From Candidatus Omnitrophota bacterium (GTDB taxonomy: Bacteria > Omnitrophota > Omnitrophia > Omnitrophales > JAQTRP01), in contig JAQTRP010000001.1 in NCBI GenBank assembly GCA_028711765.1, positions 1 to 50,171 on the forward strand: DNA of 50,171 nt, given 5' to 3'. A model generated the notes under the pieces. The model worked only from the letters and a program-made list of their open reading frames with translations, did no database searches and was not told the DNA's origin. Below, one piece after another: positions 9,659 to 18,256 of the stretch; position 1 is the first letter of the stretch; each line of letters opens with the position of its first letter. The position numbers and the translations under genes are program-made.

Positions 9659-11200
9659 TTAAGATTGGGGAATTGGAATGATAAAATCCGTGTTGGGAAT
9701 AACCGTGGCGGGCGAGTAACGACCTAATTTTTTCCACGCCGCGGAAAGGGCATTGTCTATAGATTCGAATGGGTGGTAAAAAGTGCCCTGCGTCGCCCGC
9801 TTGGCATTGGGCGATACGCAAAAAAAATCAACGCCTTTCGGCATCTTTCTTTTTAATCCAAACTGATATTCGACTTCTTTTATGGCGAAGGAGCTGTTCA
9901 CAGCCATATTCTCGCCCGTGCCGCCGGGGAGTTCCCCGCAAAGTATAACAACCCCGCCCGCAGAAACCGCGCAAGTTGCGGGGGCCGTGGACTTGGAAAA
10001 CTGGTAAAGATCGAGTTTGCCCTGTGTGTCGTTTGCGACAATAACGAGAGGAGTCCTCTTCGCTGCTACCTCGCAAACCTTGCGGGCTGTCTTGACGCCC
10101 TCCCGGTGGGCTTTAACAATATCGCCGGCAACAAACCTAGCCGGCTTTCCTTCGCCGTTAAGCACAACATTAAACATCACTATCTTCTTGAGCATCCGAG
10201 CCGCCTCTTCTATGTTCAGCCTCAGGATATTGTCATCCACTTTGCCGATATCGGCGCTCGGATGGGCCTGTAAAAGATGGTTCTGGACAGTAGTCAACCT
10301 CGATGTCGCGCCCGGCAGCACGGCCTTGGCGCCGCCTGAATAGCCGGCAAGAGGATGGGGTTTGATCTGCCCTAGCGCCACAACCCAATCGGCCTCGGCG
10401 ACGCGCCGGTCCATCCAAATCTCCGTTCCGCCGTTCGAGATAGAGGACATCAAAACTCTGAGGAGCGGGCCCCCGCTTGAGTTACGGGAAAGGTGATCAA
10501 AATCCAGAAATGCCACGTCACGCAGCGCCGAGAGAATAGAGCGCGGCGCGTCAAGCAAAGCGGAAGAAGTCTCCCAGCCCATGACCTTCGCAAAATATTT
10601 ATCCGGAGGGCGGGTCCGGCCCATTTTTATAAAAGAATTTTTATCCGCACCATTCACATTAACGAACTGGCAGGTCCTCTCGATCTCGGGCCCCAATCCC
10701 AATTTCTCAACCGGCAGCACCGCGTGATTCCCGTTGCCGATGATGAACGTAATGTTCTTCGCGGAATGCTTTTTCTGATCGGCGAGGAAACGAAGCAGGG
10801 CCTTGACCATGGAAGGCTGATCGAACGACCGCGTGGAATCGCTTATGCAAACTGCGATCTTATCTTCCGGCTTAATATCTTTAAACAACTCATCCATCCC
10901 TATCGGTTCGTTCAATGCCTCGTCCATGGCGCGATTCACATCCGGCAAGGCGTCATAGGAATTGGGCTTGAGCACCTGAACGCTGTCACCAAGATAGGGA
11001 AGAACGAGGGGACGGTTTCCGAAGGCAATCTCTATGCCGGAAGACGCGCTCGGGGCGGGAGAGGCAACGGCTATACCAAGCGGGGCGAAACCCTTTCTCC
11101 CGAATAATTTAAAAAATGAATCCGCAAGGAAAGAACCGGCAAAAACAACGCCAATCGCCCCAAAAAACTTTTTTAAGAAATCCCGCCGGTTAATCTTCAT
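9659..11200 (-). CDS. LarA-like (lactate racemase N-terminal domain, DUF2088) protein with a twin-arginine signal
   Basis: MKINRRDFLKKFFGAIGVVFAGSF is a Tat-type signal (RRDFLK). LGQIKPHPLAGYSGGAKAVLPG resembles the LarA-family H..aGfSGG.K..PG motif. ATG start. Confidence 0.6.
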   Translation of the reverse strand: MKINRRDFLKKFFGAIGVVFAGSFLADSFFKLFGRKGFAPLGIAVASPAPSASSGIEIAFGNRPLVLPYLGDSVQVLKPNSYDALPDVNRAMDEALNEPIGMDELFKDIKPEDKIAVCISDSTRSFDQPSMVKALLRFLADQKKHSAKNITFIIGNGNHAVLPVEKLGLGPEIERTCQFVNVNGADKNSFIKMGRTRPPDKYFAKVMGWETSSALLDAPRSILSALRDVAFLDFDHLSRNSSGGPLLRVLMSSISNGGTEIWMDRRVAEADWVVALGQIKPHPLAGYSGGAKAVLPGATSRLTTVQNHLLQAHPSADIGKVDDNILRLNIEEAARMLKKIVMFNVVLNGEGKPARFVAGDIVKAHREGVKTARKVCEVAAKRTPLVIVANDTQGKLDLYQFSKSTAPATCAVSAGGVVILCGELPGGTGENMAVNSSFAIKEVEYQFGLKRKMPKGVDFFCVSPNAKRATQGTFYHPFESIDNALSAAWKKLGRYSPATVIPNTDFIIPIPQS

Positions 11201-11218
11201 ATCTTCTTCCTTTGTTTA

Positions 11219-11247
11219 GTAGGGACAGAACATTGTTCTGTCCCTAC
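11219..11247. repeat. Perfect 13-bp-stem hairpin just upstream of the LarA-like gene
   Basis: GTAGGGACAGAAC-ATT-GTTCTGTCCCTAC, ending 19 nt from the ATG at 11200. Function unknown. Confidence 0.6.
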
Positions 11248-11297
11248 AGCCGTATTTATAATCCGGCACCAGGAGCCGGTTCCATAAGTCAAGGTTG

Positions 11298-11349
11298 CCT
11301 TTACGTACCTGGTACCGATCCCATTAATCCGGTACCAGGTACGTAAAGG
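11298..11349. repeat. GTACCTGGTACC-core palindromic element, copy 2 (loop subtype B, inverted)
   Basis: CCTTTACGTACCTGGTACCG-ATCCCATTAATC-CGGTACCAGGTACGTAAAGG. It is flanked by degenerate half-sites at 11263..11276 and 11373..11388. Confidence 0.9.
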
Positions 11350-11445
11350 TGCGCTCACAGATACTTATGAAACCGGTTTCAGGTACACGGTCGATTTTTG
11401 CTATTATAAACTCACAAAAGCGGCAATTCAACCATAACAAGGCAT

Positions 11446-11485
11446 AAAAAAACATCACCCCGCCGTAATACATGGCGGGGTGATG
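11446..11485 (-). terminator. Rho-independent terminator of cspA
   Basis: Minus strand: CATCACCCCGCC-ATGTATTAC-GGCGGGGTGATG (12-bp GC-rich stem) followed by TTTTTTT, about 30 nt after the cspA stop. Confidence 0.75.
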
Positions 11486-11515
11486 TCTATAGAAGAGAAA
11501 ACGCGAAGAAGAGAA

Positions 11516-11716
11516 CTACGGTCTTCTTACGTTTGTGGCTTGCTCGCCTTTCGGTCCTTGCGTAATTTCAAACTCGACCTCATCACCCTCTTTGAGAGTC
11601 TTGAAGCCGTCTCCCTGAATAGCGGAGAAATGAACGAATACGTCATTACCGCTCTCAGGAGTGATGAAACCGTAACCCTTCTGATTGCTGAACCACTTTA
11701 CTTTGCCTCTTGCCAT
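11516..11716 (-). CDS. cspA: Cold-shock protein (CspA family)
   Basis: 66 aa. [15 protein letters not shown] (RNP1) and DVFVHFS (RNP2) are canonical. Confidence 0.95.
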   Translation of the reverse strand: MARGKVKWFSNQKGYGFITPESGNDVFVHFSAIQGDGFKTLKEGDEVEFEITQGPKGEQATNVRRP

Positions 11717-11884
11717 GCTGCTACTTTCCTTTCATTGCTTTAACTAAACCTTGTTTTTTATCTATGTTAAACACAGATAACCGCAGATACGCACTACGCA
11801 GATAGGCGCAGATTTAAATACAAAATCAAACGCCTTCGCGTGTCATCTGTGATCATCCGTGTGGTCCACATCTGTGACTATCTG

Positions 11885-11923
11885 AAAATAAAAAACCGCG
11901 AGATTAAGTTAAACGCTCGCGGT
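11885..11923 (-). terminator. Rho-independent terminator downstream of the 336-aa repeat protein gene
   Basis: Minus strand: ACCGCGAG-CGTTTAACTTAAT-CTCGCGGT followed by TTTTTTATTTTC. Confidence 0.6.
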
Positions 11924-12042
11924 ATAGCCCTAAAACTAGTTTTATTGAATATGCGACGCTTAAACCTAATACAAACTCAAACTGCATAACGGCGACAATG
12001 ATAACATAACTTCTTAGACAGTCAACTAAAATTTCAAGCCCG

Positions 12043-13053
12043 TCACCACGGTATTGTGACACCGGTGAGCAAAGACCATTTTTTCGACGTGTCTAAGTCA
12101 CCTTGTAGAAACAACTTAGCATTATTGCCGAGAAAGCGGTATCGAAAGCATACGGCAGTGGTCGAGAGGCCCGGAATGTCCTTCCTTAGGGAGAAAATGA
12201 GGTCGCCGTCCCTCGCAAAGTGATAGGTACCGCGAAATGTAACTTTGTCGCACCCACCGGAATGCCACTCATACTCAAAGGTAAGTTCGTATTTGCCATT
12301 TATAACCCAACGACCGTAAATAGCGACATTCCTTACTATATCGGAAGTGCTGCCCGCAACACGAATACCGATGGAGTACTTTATTACGCCTTTATCGGCT
12401 AGAATAACGTGGCCTGCGAGCTTTGCCTCAAAATTCAGGGAGGTATCGCTATCGGCGCCTAAAAGGTAACTGAGCCTGAGACCTTCCGAGATCGCCCACC
12501 TTCCGTCAAAAACTATTTCGTGGCTCGATAAGGCCTTTGCACCGTAAAGGCGCTTTTTGTACCGGTAGACAATCCGGTTGTCTTTGCCTAATTTCCACGC
12601 CGCTTCAAGGCTGAGTGTGCCCGAACTTAGGCCGTAGTGTGTCTTTATCTTGAATAAAAGCCTGTTTGCGCGATCGACATCCCAGGCCCCTTTAAAACTG
12701 AGCGTCCTGACGATAAATCCGCCGTCCGTGCGGACTAAGTTATACGAAAAGACGAACTCATTCGGCGACGACACTATCCATTCGCCGCTGATTTTAATTT
12801 CATCGCCCGCTGCCCCGTCTGAACGGCCGTCAAGCGTGAGAACGAGGTCGTGATTTGTATCCAGCCTGAAAGCACCGGATAAGTTAATAATATCTTTCTT
12901 CTTGTCGCGAAGCCGATAGCAAAGCTCGCCGGAACGGTTAAATTCGTATTCTCCTTCAAGCGCGAAATAAGCGGCTTGCGAACCGTGCGGCCTCACAAGG
13001 AGGGTATTATCCCCCGCTGTCTTAAAAGACCGACTTACTTTTGATTTGACCAT
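12043..13053 (-). CDS. Hypothetical beta-rich protein with seven internal repeats
   Basis: 336 aa, ATG start, no obvious SD or signal peptide. Seven repeats of about 40-45 aa follow the pattern (F/L)xGxW....N.L.F.Y (details in findings). Confidence 0.6.
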   Translation of the reverse strand: MVKSKVSRSFKTAGDNTLLVRPHGSQAAYFALEGEYEFNRSGELCYRLRDKKKDIINLSGAFRLDTNHDLVLTLDGRSDGAAGDEIKISGEWIVSSPNEFVFSYNLVRTDGGFIVRTLSFKGAWDVDRANRLLFKIKTHYGLSSGTLSLEAAWKLGKDNRIVYRYKKRLYGAKALSSHEIVFDGRWAISEGLRLSYLLGADSDTSLNFEAKLAGHVILADKGVIKYSIGIRVAGSTSDIVRNVAIYGRWVINGKYELTFEYEWHSGGCDKVTFRGTYHFARDGDLIFSLRKDIPGLSTTAVCFRYRFLGNNAKLFLQGDLDTSKKWSLLTGVTIPW

Positions 13054-13077
13054 GAGGAGATTGGGGATTTAGCGGTG

Positions 13078-13120
13078 ACAAAAAAGAGGCAAAGAAACAA
13101 TCCTTCGTTTCTTTGCCTCT
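13078..13120 (-). terminator. Rho-independent terminator of the small Cys-rich protein gene
   Basis: Minus strand: AAGAGGCAAAGAAAC-GAAGGATT-GTTTCTTTGCCTCTT (perfect 15-bp stem) followed by TTTTGT. Confidence 0.7.
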
Positions 13121-13166
13121 TATCAATTATTCTTCGCTAAAAATTAACGCGGAATATTTTAAGTAA

Positions 13167-13412
13167 TTATGCCTTTTTCCCTGCAGCCGGAGCGCACGCT
13201 GATTTCGGGCCGTTCAGTTTTCTTGTCTCAAGTGTGTTTTCAAGTGCCCCCGCACCCCAGCAGAAAACTTCGCAGGTTCCCTTGCAAATAGCGTCAATAC
13301 CTTTTCCGACTTTCTCCATACACCCACCCTCTGCCCGGCACACAGTTGCGAAGGAGGTAAACAAGCAAGCGACAAACACCAGACAAACGACAAATACAAT
13401 ACCTTTCCTCAT
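13167..13412 (-). CDS. Small secreted cysteine-rich protein (hypothetical)
   Basis: 81 aa. Signal peptide (IVFVVCLVFVACLFTSFATVCRA), then several Cys in about 55 residues. ATG with GGAGG 7 nt upstream and its own terminator. Confidence 0.6.
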   Translation of the reverse strand: MRKGIVFVVCLVFVACLFTSFATVCRAEGGCMEKVGKGIDAICKGTCEVFCWGAGALENTLETRKLNGPKSACAPAAGKKA

Positions 13413-13506
13413 ATGCAGCCTCCGTTTTAAAGGTTTTATCTATTTTATACTAAAGGGCTTTTATACCCTATTATCGGTTATTTTATACCGTTTCTTTACC
13501 CGAAAA

Positions 13507-14157
13507 TCAACCCCTAAATTTTTCGATGTTCTTGTTTTCACCGATCAGCACAAGGCAGTCATCGGGCTGAATCTTATAATCCGGCGAAGGGATAATGTTC
13601 AAAGTCCCTTCTAGGGGGCGGCGGATGGCCAAAACCTCTATGCCGTATTTTGTCCTAAATTGCAGCTCTTTAAGGGATTTTGAGTAAAACTTCTCCGGCG
13701 CGGCAATTTCCACCACGCTATAATCCTCTGAAAGCCTGATATATTCTAAAATATCGGGAACGATGAGCGAGGCGGCAAGCTTCACGGCTTCGTCCTTTTC
13801 GGGGAATATTATCTCATTGGCACCCACAAGCCTTAAAACCTTGCCGTGGTCATCGCTTACCGCTTTGGCGAGGATCCGTTTCACCCCTAACTCCTTCAAG
13901 AATAAGGTAACGAGAATGCTGACATCGATACGGTCTCCCAAGCTGACTATGGCTACATCGGCATCGTTTATGCCGAGTTCCGCCAGTGCGTCCTTATCGG
14001 CGGCATCCGCGACCACAGCACGGGTAACGAAATCTTTGATTTGCTGAATCCTCTCGCGGTCGCGGTCGAGGGCAAGCACCTCACACTTTCCTTCCGCAAG
14101 ACTCGTAGCCAGTGTATAACCAAAATTTCCAAGACCAATTACGACTATTTGTTTCAT
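13507..14157 (-). CDS. trkA: K+ uptake regulatory subunit TrkA/KtrA (RCK domains)
   Basis: MKQIVVIGLGNFG is a Rossmann GxGxxG in RCK_N, and an RCK_C-like C-terminus follows. I prefer the ATG at 14157 (GGAG 8 nt upstream). The track start 14193 is a TTG inside an inverted-repeat arm. Confidence 0.85.
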   Translation of the reverse strand: MKQIVVIGLGNFGYTLATSLAEGKCEVLALDRDRERIQQIKDFVTRAVVADAADKDALAELGINDADVAIVSLGDRIDVSILVTLFLKELGVKRILAKAVSDDHGKVLRLVGANEIIFPEKDEAVKLAASLIVPDILEYIRLSEDYSVVEIAAPEKFYSKSLKELQFRTKYGIEVLAIRRPLEGTLNIIPSPDYKIQPDDCLVLIGENKNIEKFRG

Positions 14158-14332
14158 GACAGTGTCTCCGTATTTATCCCGCCCTTTTGGCAAATCTGTA
14201 TACTGCGTACATACTACAAAAATATTTGGCTAATTACATTCGCTAACGACCCGCGCAACAATTTACCAAAAGGGCGGGATTAATTCAGCCGTGCAACTTA
14301 TGTTCGCTTACGCTCCATAAGTTGCGGCTTCA

Positions 14333-15688
14333 TTAACCAATCATAACACTTTCTTCCGCCAATTCAAACTTTTCTTCTTGACGCCTGCCGCCCGTAATAA
14401 CCATGGCCAAGGTTAGGGGACCGAGACGGCCGCAGAACATGGTGAGGACAATAAGCAGTTTGCCTAATTTCGTCAGATTCGGCGTAATACCCGTCGAAAG
14501 TCCGACGGTTCCAAAAGCGGAAACTGTTTCAAAGAGTAGCTCAATGAAATCACCGCGTCCGATGTCGTAGGGTAAGCCCCAATGCTCGGTCAACTGAAGC
14601 AGCATCGTCACCCCGATTATAAGTATGAAAGAAGCGAAGAAGATCGAGATTGCCTTGGCTAAAACATCCAACGGTAGCTGACGCCTAAAAATGGAAACCC
14701 TTTCTTTCCCCCTCATACGGGATACAAAAAGAGAAATAAGAACGGCAAAAGTCGTCGTCTTGATCCCACCGCCCGTAGAAGCCGGCGAAGCACCTATAAA
14801 CATAAGTATCACAAGAAGAAACAAAGTGGCATTGGAGAACATCGATACATCCACCGTGTTAAAACCGGCTGTCCTCGCCGTTATGGACTGGAAAAAGGAC
14901 GCTATAACACTATCCTCAACAGGCAATCCTACAAGCACATTCTTCGCCTCAAAAAGGTAGAAAAACAGCGCCCCGCCGATAACTAAAAACACCGTAGTGC
15001 TCATAACAATCTTTGTGTGCAGTTGAAAAGGCAATTTTTTCCTGTTTCTAAAACGCCGCGCATGCTGATAAAGATCTTCAAGGGCAAGAAAACCCAGACC
15101 GCCGATAACAATAAGCGACATCATCGTATAATTAACTAAAACATCACCGCGAAAACGTACCAAATTGTCGGGATAAAGGGTGAAACCCGCGTTGCAGAAT
15201 GCCGTGACGCTGTGAAAAACGGAGTAGTAGGCGGCCTTAAACGGGGGGTAAAAGTCATTCATGCGCGTATAAAGAACTACGGCACCGATAGCCTCAATCG
15301 CAATCGTAAAAATAAATATATGTTTCAATACCCGAAAGATATTGAGGAAACCGTATTCCCCCATCGTTTCTTTAAAAATAAACCGGCTGCCGAAAGAAAG
15401 TTTTCTGCCCAAGGCAACGACAAAGAAGGTCGAAAAGGTCATAATACCCAGTCCGCCGAGCTGAATCATAAGGAGAATGACCCATTGCCCGAAAGCCGTA
15501 AAATAAGTCCCCGTATCGACCACAATCAGGCCTGTAACACAAGTGGCGGAAGTCGCCGTAAAAAAGGCGTCGACAAATGAGAGGTGACGTGAATGGGTCG
15601 CCCCGGGCAGACAGAGCAGGAACGTTCCCAGGATTATAATGAACGCGAAACTTAAAATTAACAACCTTGCCGAACGATACTCGATCAT
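14333..15688 (-). CDS. trkH: K+ transporter membrane subunit TrkH/KtrB
   Basis: 451 aa and polytopic. It has repeated selectivity-filter-like segments (CVTGL, NAGF, RTAGFNT, STGGGIKTTT, TVGLSTG) typical of the TrkH/KtrB family. Confidence 0.9.
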   Translation of the reverse strand: MIEYRSARLLILSFAFIIILGTFLLCLPGATHSRHLSFVDAFFTATSATCVTGLIVVDTGTYFTAFGQWVILLMIQLGGLGIMTFSTFFVVALGRKLSFGSRFIFKETMGEYGFLNIFRVLKHIFIFTIAIEAIGAVVLYTRMNDFYPPFKAAYYSVFHSVTAFCNAGFTLYPDNLVRFRGDVLVNYTMMSLIVIGGLGFLALEDLYQHARRFRNRKKLPFQLHTKIVMSTTVFLVIGGALFFYLFEAKNVLVGLPVEDSVIASFFQSITARTAGFNTVDVSMFSNATLFLLVILMFIGASPASTGGGIKTTTFAVLISLFVSRMRGKERVSIFRRQLPLDVLAKAISIFFASFILIIGVTMLLQLTEHWGLPYDIGRGDFIELLFETVSAFGTVGLSTGITPNLTKLGKLLIVLTMFCGRLGPLTLAMVITGGRRQEEKFELAEESVMIG

Positions 15689-15768
15689 GTTTTGTTTTTA
15701 CGCTCCTGCTAAATTGTATACCAGAATAACATTTGCGCAAGTCTAATCTTAGCTAGAGTTTGCATATC

Positions 15769-15822
15769 GCGATCGTGTACCTGGTGCCGGATTAATTAAC
15801 TCGGTACCAGGTACACGATCGC
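15769..15822. repeat. GTACCTGGTACC-core palindromic element, copy 3 (loop subtype B)
   Basis: GCGATCGTGTACCTGGTGCCGG-ATTAATTAAC-TCGGTACCAGGTACACGATCGC (a few mismatches near the loop end of the stem), in the spacer between the ABC-2 permease gene and trkH. Confidence 0.9.
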
Positions 15823-15849
15823 AGAGTGAGAAAATTGCGGGTTTTAAAA

Positions 15850-16980
15850 CTACCCGATCCTTTTTTGAAATCTTAAAGAGCTGAACCCGATAATACTAAG
15901 CCCTATCACAAGCAGGGCGAGCATCTCCGGCCAAAGAATCCTAATGCCAACTCCTTTCAAAAAGAGCGCCCTCATGATTATAAGGTAATATCTTAAGGGG
16001 TTAAGGTAGGTTATATACTGTATAACTCGCGGCATATTGGCTATCGGATACGCGAATCCTGAAAGCAGCGTGGCGGGAAAATTAAACAAAAATACGGACA
16101 TCATCGCTTCCTGCTGTGTTGACGATAATGTCGAAATGAACAACCCCACTCCCAAAGTCGTCAGCATATAAAGAACGGTCGATCCAAAAAGCAGAAGTAT
16201 GCTCCCTCTTATAGGCACCTTGAACCAAAAGACTCCTATCATGGTTATAAGAAAGACCTGCGTTATGGCTATTATTCCAAAGGGTATGATCTTTCCTAAA
16301 ATAAGCTCGACCGACTTTATAGGACTCACGATCAATTGCTCAATCGTGCCAATCTCTTTTTCCCTTACTATCGCCATGGAAGTAAGGAGGAGCGACATGA
16401 TTGTAACAATCAAGGCGATGACTCCCGGAAGATAATAATTCTTCGATTCAAGGTTCGCGTTAAACCAGTGCCGGTCTCTCAACTCCACATTCGGAACAAC
16501 ATCGGACCGTTTTAGAAAAATCGTCGCTCTCTCCTCCAGCAACTTATAGTTATATTCCGAAATAATCTGATTGGCGTAACCCAGGATGATAGACGCGCTG
16601 TTCGAATCCGTACCGTCAAGAATAATCTGGAGCTCCCCGCCCTTGTTGTCTTTGAGGTTCCGGGCAAAGCCGCGATTAAACCTTATCACCGCGCTGACTA
16701 ACGATTTATCAATTACCTTTCTTTGCTCTTTGTCGTTATATACGTACCGCTTCACGGTAAAATATTTTGAATAAGTAAAAGCCCTTATCACGTCACGGCT
16801 TTCCTTCGTATTGTCAAGATCGTAAATAGCGGTAGGTATGTTGGTTATGTCCATTGTGGCGGCATAGCCAAAAACAAGGATCTGGACGAGCGGAGACACA
16901 AAAATCGTGAATTTCATCCGCGGGTCACGAAATACCTGCAGAAATTCCTTAACTATGATGGCCCATATTCTTTCAAACAT
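15850..16980 (-). CDS. ABC-2 type transporter permease (YbhR/YhhJ-like)
   Basis: 376 aa. One N-terminal TM helix, a large extracytoplasmic loop and five C-terminal TM helices. It is adjacent to a paralog and to ABC ATPases. Confidence 0.85.
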   Translation of the reverse strand: MFERIWAIIVKEFLQVFRDPRMKFTIFVSPLVQILVFGYAATMDITNIPTAIYDLDNTKESRDVIRAFTYSKYFTVKRYVYNDKEQRKVIDKSLVSAVIRFNRGFARNLKDNKGGELQIILDGTDSNSASIILGYANQIISEYNYKLLEERATIFLKRSDVVPNVELRDRHWFNANLESKNYYLPGVIALIVTIMSLLLTSMAIVREKEIGTIEQLIVSPIKSVELILGKIIPFGIIAITQVFLITMIGVFWFKVPIRGSILLLFGSTVLYMLTTLGVGLFISTLSSTQQEAMMSVFLFNFPATLLSGFAYPIANMPRVIQYITYLNPLRYYLIIMRALFLKGVGIRILWPEMLALLVIGLSIIGFSSLRFQKRIG

Positions 16981-16983
16981 AGC

Positions 16984-18114
16984 TCACAATATTTTCTTTT
17001 TAAATTTTCTCACCGCGAGCGATACCGCGATAAACGCGAACAAAATCAAAGGCACAGTCTCAACCCACAAAATATCCAGCCCGACAGCCTTAAGGTAAAT
17101 CCCCCTCAGGATAACAATGAAATATCTCGCCGGCACAAGGTAAGTAATCAATTGTATCGGCCTCGGCATATTAAAAATCTCGTAAGTAAAACCGGAAAGC
17201 AGAATGGTGGGCAAAAACGAGGTCAGCATGGCCATCTGGCTAGCGAGAAGCTGGTTTTTGGCGACAACCGAAACATAAATTCCCAGCGAAAGCGCTCCCG
17301 TAAGGAAAAAACTGCTTAACATAAAAAGCAGCAAAAGGTTTCCCCTCATCGGAACGCCAAACACGAATCTGCCCAACAAAATAGAAATCAGCAAATCGAT
17401 GAACCCGATAACAAAGTAAGGCGCGAACTTACCGAGGATAAGCTCCGCCGGCCTTACGGGAGTAGAAATCAACTGTTCCATCGTCCCCCTCTCCCACTCG
17501 CGCGCCACTGTCAGGGAGGTAAGAAGGGCCGCTATAATCATTATGATAACCGCGATGAGTCCCGGAACAATAAAAAGCTTGCTCTGGAAATCAGGATTAA
17601 ACCAGACCCGGGGCCTGAAATCGATAGGATTGGAGTTTGTTATGTTATATCTCTGGAGGAAGTTTTTGAGGAAATTCGCGTTATAAGTCGACACGACGCT
17701 GTTAACATACCCCAGAGCAATAGTCGCCGTATTGGAATCGCTCCCGTCAAGGATAAGCTGAACCTTGGCAGTCTTGTTCGAACGGATGTTTCTAGAGAAA
17801 TCCTTGTCTAAGATTAAGGCCATAAGGATTTTTCTTTTATCAATCATATCCTCCAAAACGCGATAGTTATCGTAACACCCTATAACCTTAAAATACTTTG
17901 AGTTCTTGAAATTTAATACAAAATCGAGCGATATCTGCGAATTGTCCTGATCCCACACAGCCATGGGAACGTTATCGATATCGAGACTGAGGGCATATCC
18001 GAATAGCACGACCAAAAGTATCGGCATGGCAATCGCGAGACCGAGGCTTCGCGGGTCACGGATTATCTGGATGAACTCTTTTCTTATTACAGCGCTAGTT
18101 CGACGTAGATTCAT
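16984..18114 (-). CDS. ABC-2 type transporter permease (YbhS-like)
   Basis: Paralog of the previous gene. I use the ATG at 18114 (MNLRRTSAVIRKEF...). The track start 18159 lies inside the intergenic repeat. Confidence 0.85.
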   Translation of the reverse strand: MNLRRTSAVIRKEFIQIIRDPRSLGLAIAMPILLVVLFGYALSLDIDNVPMAVWDQDNSQISLDFVLNFKNSKYFKVIGCYDNYRVLEDMIDKRKILMALILDKDFSRNIRSNKTAKVQLILDGSDSNTATIALGYVNSVVSTYNANFLKNFLQRYNITNSNPIDFRPRVWFNPDFQSKLFIVPGLIAVIIMIIAALLTSLTVAREWERGTMEQLISTPVRPAELILGKFAPYFVIGFIDLLISILLGRFVFGVPMRGNLLLLFMLSSFFLTGALSLGIYVSVVAKNQLLASQMAMLTSFLPTILLSGFTYEIFNMPRPIQLITYLVPARYFIVILRGIYLKAVGLDILWVETVPLILFAFIAVSLAVRKFKKKIL

Positions 18115-18118
18115 AGTT

Positions 18119-18253
18119 AAAATCCAAATGTCAAAATTCAAATGACAGATAAAACACAAAACTCAAATGACAAATTAACATTTTTGTCATTGGGATTTTG
18201 GATTTATTTTGCCTGCCTGCCGGCAAGGCAGGGATTTTGAGATTTGTCATTTG
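18119..18253. repeat. Operon-internal hairpin element, copy A (135 nt)
   Basis: It matches 19236..19338 almost base for base, apart from a 32-nt internal insertion. It contains nested inverted repeats (AAAATCCAAA/TTTGGATTT, AATGACAAA/TTTGTCATT) and a GC hairpin CCTGCCT-GCCGGCA-AGGCAGG. Confidence 0.9.
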
Positions 18254-18256
18254 CCA

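Noticed and set aside
9348-9821. 157-aa minus-strand ORF spanning the junction of the SGNH-TPR and LarA-like genes
   Set aside because: It is out of frame with, and overlaps, two better-supported genes. It has no motifs and a His/Arg/Ser-rich composition.
10493-11107. 204-aa + strand ORF. Similar long + strand ORFs lie at 27252..27740, 34215..34706, 35789..36262, 39837..40352, 42999..43448 and 46487..47110.
   Set aside because: All are antisense to well-supported minus-strand genes. Their composition is Arg/Ser/Pro-biased, and they lack SD sequences and motifs. They are typical shadow ORFs.
15689-15849. c-di-AMP (ydaO/kimA-type) riboswitch upstream of trkH, expected because of the K+ transporter context
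   Set aside because: I could not find the pseudo-symmetric conserved ACGGGGA/CCCGA-type cores. The region is mostly occupied by palindromic element copy 3. A covariance-model scan would be needed to be sure.
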